64,000 nt of DNA, taken from Rubrivivax sp. Its GTDB lineage: Bacteria > Pseudomonadota > Gammaproteobacteria > Burkholderiales > Burkholderiaceae_C. The notes beneath the pieces were generated by a model. That model did no database searches. It saw nothing but the letters and a program-made list of their open reading frames with translations, and was not told where the DNA came from. Every line of letters begins with the position of its first letter. Positions within the stretch are counted from its first letter, which is position 1. Location: positions 21,504 to 85,503 of the forward strand of contig JBBAPJ010000002.1 in NCBI GenBank assembly GCA_040400855.1. The letters are read 5' to 3'. This document shows positions 56,245-64,000 of the stretch, one piece after another. The position numbers were made by a program, and so were the translations under genes.

Positions 56245-57167
56245 GCTTCCTCGCTCGCGACCCGGAAGTCCAGCCACGCCACCTTCGAGCCAGCGGCCGC
56301 CGCGCCCAGGGCGATCCTCCCGCTGCCCACCAGCGTGCAGGTACCCCGTCGCAGGCCGAGGGCCTCCGCACCCTGGAAGTGGACACTCGTGCCGTTGAAG
56401 CTCAGGTCAGTCAGCTGGAAGCCGCCGCTGTGCCAGTCGACCCGGGCGTGCGAGCGCGACACCGTGGGGAGGTCCACGTGGCAGGTGGCGTGGGGATCGC
56501 GGCCGATCAGGATCGGCGTCTCGGATGAGGCAAAACTGCGGCGTGTGCCTTGCCAGGCGAGCTCGAGCCACATCGAGCGCGGCGAGTCGCCGCCCAGATC
56601 ACCGAAGTGCGTCGTGGGGACGTCGGCTGCGTCCTGGCGCAGCGCGACCCACACGCCCACCGTCTCCGAGCGACCACGGATCGCCAGGCGGTCCAGGCTG
56701 CGGAAGGCATGCTGCAACTCGGTGGGCAGGGCCTGGAGAACCGCTTCCGTGACGAGCGTCTCGTCATCGCCCGCGTGTTCGATCAGGCGGGCAGCCACGT
56801 TGACGGCATCGCCGAAGAAATCGCCCTCCTGCTCGATCACTTCTCCCGTGGCCAGCGCAACGCGCAGCCGCAGCGTGGGTGCGGCCAGCTGGCCCGGCGC
56901 CGGGCCGTCCTGGTCCACGAGCACGCGCAGCTGCCCGTGCAAGTGTTCGGCGCAGCTGCAGGCATCTTCGGCCGAGGCGAAGGTGGCCATCAGCCCATCG
57001 CCAAGCGTCTTGAAGACCCGGCCGTTCCACGTGGCCACGACATCGCCCAGCGTGCCCACGCACCGCGTCACGAGCGAGGTGGCCGGCGCGTTGCCCAGGT
57101 TCTCGAACAGACCGATGCTGCCACGCAGGTCCGCGGCGAGCACTGTGCGGTGGAGGGTCGTGCTCAT
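56241..57167 (-). CDS. Class III adenylate/guanylate cyclase domain + C-terminal FHA domain protein
   Basis: ADLRGS, KTLGDG, GDFFGDAVNVAARL, IRGR (cyclase); IGR...VSRSHA...DLSFNGT (FHA). Confidence 0.88.
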   Translation of the reverse strand: MSTTLHRTVLAADLRGSIGLFENLGNAPATSLVTRCVGTLGDVVATWNGRVFKTLGDGLMATFASAEDACSCAEHLHGQLRVLVDQDGPAPGQLAAPTLRLRVALATGEVIEQEGDFFGDAVNVAARLIEHAGDDETLVTEAVLQALPTELQHAFRSLDRLAIRGRSETVGVWVALRQDAADVPTTHFGDLGGDSPRSMWLELAWQGTRRSFASSETPILIGRDPHATCHVDLPTVSRSHARVDWHSGGFQLTDLSFNGTSVHFQGAEALGLRRGTCTLVGSGRIALGAAAAGSKVAWLDFRVASEEA

Positions 57168-57186
57168 GGGCACGGGCAGGGTGCTC

Positions 57187-59766
<2,580 letters not shown>

Positions 59767-60006
59767 GCGCTTCCTCGGGAAGGATGGGGACGAATGGAAC
59801 AGGTTGCGCCACCGATCGGGCGCATGACACTTGCGCGCACGTGGACGCGGGTCAGGCGGCGCGTGCGAACAGGCAGATCGGACAAGCTCACGTGGCGCGG
59901 GATGTTGCAGCCCTTGCGGGGGAGGTGGCCATCGATGTCGTACCCTGTTCGAGGGGCGGCCGGATCCGGAGGTGCTGCTGCCACTCTTGCCGATGCAGCA
60001 CCTCGG

Positions 60007-60012
60007 ATTATA
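60007..60012 (-). promoter_or_regulatory. sigma70 -10 (TATAAT) of rpoD
   Basis: Perfect TATAAT on the minus strand, about 240 nt upstream of the rpoD ATG. Confidence 0.6.
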
Positions 60013-60045
60013 CCGCAGGCAAGGCGCCTGTCCGCCTGAGGACGC

Positions 60046-61785
60046 TCAGCCGCGACCCAGGACGCGCCAGGTGTCTCGCCGGTCAGCCGCCGAGCGTGCG
60101 CGCGCGATGGTGGTGCGCAGCGTGTCTGCATCGGCAGCCGGGGGCACCTCGGCTCCATCGACGAGCCGGCAGGCGGCACCGGCGAAGGGTTCGCCGGCGA
60201 TCATGGTCCGCAGCGTGGGCCAGGCCAACGCCCCCTCATGAGCCAGGGTGCGGTCGAGCCAGCGCGCGGCCTCGCCGTGCCAGCCTGCCAGCTCTGTGAT
60301 CCAGGACTGTTCGTCGTGGGAGAGCTCGACCCACAAGGCGGCGTTGATCAGCAGGATGTGCAGCACGTGGTCCTGTGGGGCGCGCACCGCTGCACGGGGT
60401 GGCGTGATCGGCGCGGCCGTTGCGCGCGTGCCCGGACCTCTCTGGCCGTCTCGCGCGGGGCTTGGCCTCGACTGGCCCCACAGCCGAGCCAGGTCGTCCA
60501 CGGGCATGCGTGCCGACTGCGCCAGGTCGTCCAGGATGTTGCGCTTGAAGGCGCCATCCGGCAGGGCCTGCCACATCGGCCGCGCCTGCGAGAGCATGCG
60601 CGAGCGGCCCTCGGCCGTGTCGAGTTCGCACCCGGTGGCGGCCAGCTCGACGAGCTGTCGGGACAGCGGTCGCGCGGCGCGCAGCTGTTCGTCGAAGGCG
60701 GCCGGCCCGAAGGTGCGGACGTAGCTGTCGGGGTCGTGGTCGTCGGGAAGGAACAGGAAGCGGAAGGTGCGCAGATCGTTGACGTGTGGCAAGGCCGCTT
60801 CGAGCGCCCGGGCAGCCGCGCGGCGACCGGCGGTGTCGCCGTCGAAGCTGAAGACCACGTGGTCGGTGAAGCGCAGCAGCTTGCGCACGTGCTCGGGTGT
60901 GCAGGCGGTGCCGAGCGTGGCCACGGCATGACCGAAGCCGAGCTGAGCAAGGGCCACCACGTCCATGTAGCCTTCGACGACCAGGGCGTGGCCGCGCTCG
61001 CGTATGGCAGTGCGCGCCTCGAACAGGCCGTAGAGTTCGCGGCCCTTGACGAAGACGGGTGTCTCCGGGGAGTTCAGGTACTTTGGCTCGCCCGCGTCGA
61101 TCACGCGGCCGCCGAACCCAATGACCTCGCCCTTCACGGAGCGAATGGGGAACATCACGCGGTCCCGGAAACGGTCATAGCGTCGCGTGTCGGCACCCTC
61201 TTCGCCCTGGACGATGACCAGGCCGGCATCGACCAGGGCCGGATCGTCGTAGGCGGGGAATGCGCTGGCCAGGTTGCGCCAGCCGTCGGGGGCATATCCC
61301 AGGCCGAAGAGCTTGGCAATCTGGCCGTCCAGGCCCCGCTTCTTCAGGTACTCGATGGCGCGGGGGCTTTGGCGCAGGCGCTCGCGGTAATGGTCGGCAG
61401 CCCTTTCCAGGACGCCACTGAGCTGGGAATGTCGCTCGCGCTGCTCGTCCGCACGTGCCTTCTCGGCCGGGTCCACGGGCGTCTCGGGCACCTTCAGGCC
61501 GGCCGACTGGGCCAGGTCACGCACGGCGTCCACGAAGCCCATGCCGGCGTGCTCCATGAGAAAGCGGATGGCGTCACCGTGGGCCCCACAGCCGAAGCAG
61601 TGGTAGAACTGCTTGGCCGGGCTGACGGTGAAGCTGGGTGACTTCTCCCCGTGGAAGGGGCACAGGCCCAGGAGGTTCGCCCCCCCTCGGCGCAGCGCCA
61701 CGTGGCGCGACACGACATCGACGATGTCGGTGCGCGCCAGCACCTCCTGGATGAAGGAATCCGGAATCTGCCCGCGCGCGCTCAC
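60046..61785 (-). CDS. dnaG: DNA primase
   Basis: CPFH...CFGC zinc finger, KYLNSPET, EGYMDV and FDGD (TOPRIM) motifs. Confidence 0.97.
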   Translation of the reverse strand: MSARGQIPDSFIQEVLARTDIVDVVSRHVALRRGGANLLGLCPFHGEKSPSFTVSPAKQFYHCFGCGAHGDAIRFLMEHAGMGFVDAVRDLAQSAGLKVPETPVDPAEKARADEQRERHSQLSGVLERAADHYRERLRQSPRAIEYLKKRGLDGQIAKLFGLGYAPDGWRNLASAFPAYDDPALVDAGLVIVQGEEGADTRRYDRFRDRVMFPIRSVKGEVIGFGGRVIDAGEPKYLNSPETPVFVKGRELYGLFEARTAIRERGHALVVEGYMDVVALAQLGFGHAVATLGTACTPEHVRKLLRFTDHVVFSFDGDTAGRRAAARALEAALPHVNDLRTFRFLFLPDDHDPDSYVRTFGPAAFDEQLRAARPLSRQLVELAATGCELDTAEGRSRMLSQARPMWQALPDGAFKRNILDDLAQSARMPVDDLARLWGQSRPSPARDGQRGPGTRATAAPITPPRAAVRAPQDHVLHILLINAALWVELSHDEQSWITELAGWHGEAARWLDRTLAHEGALAWPTLRTMIAGEPFAGAACRLVDGAEVPPAADADTLRTTIARARSAADRRDTWRVLGRG

Positions 61786-61823
61786 GGGCAGAGTCTAGCG
61801 CCCGGGCCAACCGGGCCGGGATC

Positions 61824-62138
61824 TCAGACGGCGAAGTCCGACAGTTGCTTGCCCGCGGCGAGCCTGGCCTTGAGCCACTTCGGCTGCAGGCCGCGGCCGG
61901 TCCAGGTGTCGCCTGTTGCGGCGTCGCGGTACTTGACCGCGACCTTGCTGGCGCCGGCGGCCTTCGCCTTGGGCGCTGCCGCAGGCGCACGTGCGCTGAG
62001 GTCGGCCATCGACAGCCCGTGCTCGGCCATCAGGGCCTTGACCTGCGCGATGGCGGCCGATTTCGCCTCGCGCTGAGCGTCGGCGATCTGCCGCTCCAGG
62101 GCGGCCTTCTGTTCCAGCAGTTGGGCAATCGATGCCAT
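61824..62138 (-). CDS. hns: H-NS family nucleoid-associated protein (short betaproteobacterial type)
   Basis: N-terminal coiled coil plus VKYRD...TWTGRGLQPKWL DNA-binding motif. Confidence 0.9.
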   Translation of the reverse strand: MASIAQLLEQKAALERQIADAQREAKSAAIAQVKALMAEHGLSMADLSARAPAAAPKAKAAGASKVAVKYRDAATGDTWTGRGLQPKWLKARLAAGKQLSDFAV

Positions 62139-62171
62139 GAAATCACTCCCGCATTCGGTGTAGGGCCGCGG

Positions 62172-62199
62172 ATTCTATCGAAAACGCCGTCGGAGTAAA
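62172..62199 (-). promoter_or_regulatory. sigma70 promoter of the H-NS gene
   Basis: Minus strand TTTACT (62199-62194) - 16 nt - TAGAAT (62177-62172); GGGAG SD downstream. Confidence 0.6.
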
Positions 62200-62268
62200 T
62201 AGAGGGCTATTTCACCAAAGGGCATTCGTGAAGAAATGCCAGGCTGCCGGGAAAACCAAGGGGAATAC

Positions 62269-62541
62269 TCAGGGCGCCGGCGGGACGTAACCCTGTGGCT
62301 GGTCGGCTCCTTCACCGAAGAAGAAGCGCTCCATCTGCCGCGCGAGGTATTGCCTGGCACGCGCATCGGCCAGATTGAGACGATTCTCGTTGACCAGCAT
62401 CGTCTGGTGGCGCTTCCACATCTCGAAGGCCTCTTTCGAGATGTTGTCGTAGATGCGCTTGCCGAGTTCGCCAGGGTAGGGCGCGAAGGACAGCCCCTCG
62501 GCCTCCTTCTTCAGGTAGCTGCACTGGACCATTCGGGTCAT
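62269..62541 (-). CDS. yggX: Oxidative damage protection / Fe(II)-trafficking protein YggX
   Basis: RMVQC...[11 protein letters not shown]...[12 protein letters not shown] motifs. Confidence 0.93.
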   Translation of the reverse strand: MTRMVQCSYLKKEAEGLSFAPYPGELGKRIYDNISKEAFEMWKRHQTMLVNENRLNLADARARQYLARQMERFFFGEGADQPQGYVPPAP

Positions 62542-62560
62542 CGTTTCCTGCCTCCGGGAT

Positions 62561-63916
62561 TCACTTGAGGGTTTTGACCAGCACCTGCGACCTGCGGTCC
62601 CAGTTGTACTTGCGTTTGCGCGCCTCCGGCAGCCACTCCGGATCGGCAGGCTGGAATCCCCGCTTGATGAACCAGTGCATCGTGCGGGTCGTCAATACGA
62701 AGATGGTTTCCAGGCCGATGGCGCGGGCGCGCTGCTCGATGCGTTTGAGTATGCGTTCGCCGTCGCCCTGACCCTGCGAATCCGGGGAGACCGTGAGCGC
62801 GGCCATTTCTCCCGTGCGGGCCTCGGGGTAGGGATACAGGGCGGCGCAGCCGAATATCACGCCGTCGTGCTCGATGACGGTATACAGGCCCACGTCGCGC
62901 TCGATTTCGGCGCGCTCGCGGCGCACGAGGGTTCCGTCGCGCTCGAAGGGCTCGATGAGCTGCAGGATGCCACCGACATCGTCGGCCGTGGCCTCGCGCA
63001 GGCTCTCGAGCTTCTCGTCGACCACCATCGTGCCGATCCCGTCGTGCGTGTAGACCTCCATGAGCAACGCGCCATCGACCGCAAAGGGCAGGATGTGCGA
63101 GCGTTCCACGCCACCGCGGCAGGCTCGCACGCAGTGTTGCAGGTAGAAGGCGACGTCAGTGGGGCGGGCCGCCGCGGGCAGCCCCGCCAGCAGCCGCTCG
63201 GCATCGGCCAGGGCGAGCTCGGTATCGATCGGGCTGTCGGGATCGTCGATGGCCTCCCGAATGCCGGGCACCTCGGTGAGAAACAGCAGCTTGTCGGCCT
63301 GCAGCGACACAGCCGTGGCGGTGGCCACATCCTCCATCGTCAGGTTGAAGGCCTCGCCCGTGGGCGAGAAGCCGAAGGGGCTGAGCAGCACGATGGCTCC
63401 GCCGTCGATGGCGCGCCGGATCGCGGCACCGTCGACGCGGCGCACCAGGCCGGTGAGCTGGAAGTCCACGCCGTCGACGATGCCCACCGGACGGGCGGTC
63501 AGGAAGTTGCCCGACACGACCCGCACCGTGGCGTTGGCCATCGGAGTGTTGGGCAGGCCCTGCGAGAACGCGGCCTCGATCTCGAAGCGCAGCTGCCCGG
63601 CCGCCTCCTGCGCGCAGTCGAGGGCCACCGGGTCCGTGATGCGAAGGCCGTGGCTGAATCGCTCGGGCACGCCCTTGGCGCGCAGCTGCTCGGAAACCTG
63701 AGGTCGAAAGCCGTGCACGAGCACCACCCGGATGCCCATGGCGTGCAGGATGGCGAGGTCCTGCACGAAGACCCCGAGCTTGCCCGCGGCGATGGCCTCG
63801 CCGCACAGGCCCACGACGAAGGTCTTGCCGCGGTAGGCGTGGATGTAGGGCGCCACCGCACGGAACCAGGGCACGAAGGTGTGCGGGAAGACGAGGCTGC
63901 TGGCGGCGTTGATCAC
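62561..63916 (-). CDS. argA: Amino-acid N-acetyltransferase (N-acetylglutamate synthase)
   Basis: [18 protein letters not shown] kinase-like domain plus C-terminal GNAT domain ([11 protein letters not shown]). Confidence 0.96.
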   Translation of the reverse strand: MINAASSLVFPHTFVPWFRAVAPYIHAYRGKTFVVGLCGEAIAAGKLGVFVQDLAILHAMGIRVVLVHGFRPQVSEQLRAKGVPERFSHGLRITDPVALDCAQEAAGQLRFEIEAAFSQGLPNTPMANATVRVVSGNFLTARPVGIVDGVDFQLTGLVRRVDGAAIRRAIDGGAIVLLSPFGFSPTGEAFNLTMEDVATATAVSLQADKLLFLTEVPGIREAIDDPDSPIDTELALADAERLLAGLPAAARPTDVAFYLQHCVRACRGGVERSHILPFAVDGALLMEVYTHDGIGTMVVDEKLESLREATADDVGGILQLIEPFERDGTLVRRERAEIERDVGLYTVIEHDGVIFGCAALYPYPEARTGEMAALTVSPDSQGQGDGERILKRIEQRARAIGLETIFVLTTRTMHWFIKRGFQPADPEWLPEARKRKYNWDRRSQVLVKTLK

Positions 63917-64000
63917 GGCGGGATTGTGCCGCAGGGTGCAGCCCAGAGCCGAGTCGATAATCCGCCCCCCGTGACCCCCTCGAGACCTTCCGCGCCACGC

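Noticed and set aside
63956-64000. Possible start of a divergent gene (GATAAT 63956-63961, GTG 63971), perhaps hrpA by recalled synteny with argA
   Set aside because: Only 10 codons are in the window, which cannot support a call.

Overview
This is a high-GC betaproteobacterial core chromosome segment; gene content and order point to Burkholderiales (Rubrivivax/Ideonella-like). Gene order: 3' tail of a probable pseudouridine synthase, then ndk-rlmN-pilW-rodZ-ispG-hisS-yfgM-bamB-der-hfq-hflX-hflK-hflC-DUF2065-hisZ-purA-PRTase, tRNA-Leu(CAG), rnr, nnr, a DadA-like oxidoreductase, rpsB-tsf-pyrH-frr-uppS-cdsA-dxr-rseP-bamA-skp-lpxD-fabZ-lpxA-lpxB-rnhB-TrmH, ppsR/ppsA, a four-gene membrane protein/TPR/DUF4212/sodium:solute symporter cluster, rpsF-priB-rpsR-rplI-dnaB, and a minus-strand block argA-yggX-hns-dnaG-rpoD-(cyclase-FHA)-hemH-tctCBA-hslR-grpE-dnaK-dnaJ. 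I saw no mobile element, prophage or CRISPR array. The most notable signals are: (1) five helically phased DnaA-box-like 9-mers upstream of dnaB; (2) four genes (dnaB, dnaG, argA, nnr) with a -10 hexamer exactly 6 nt before the start codon, which suggests leaderless mRNAs; (3) an uncharacterised YggT-like + TPR + DUF4212 + symporter module behind ppsA, whose symporter has a long helical loop and an EF-hand-like loop; (4) a class III cyclase-FHA gene translationally coupled to ferrochelatase, plus a tripartite tricarboxylate transporter inserted in the chaperone locus; (5) a triplicated peptide motif in the disordered tail of the first gene. All identifications come from reading motifs and synteny by eye; no database searches were run.
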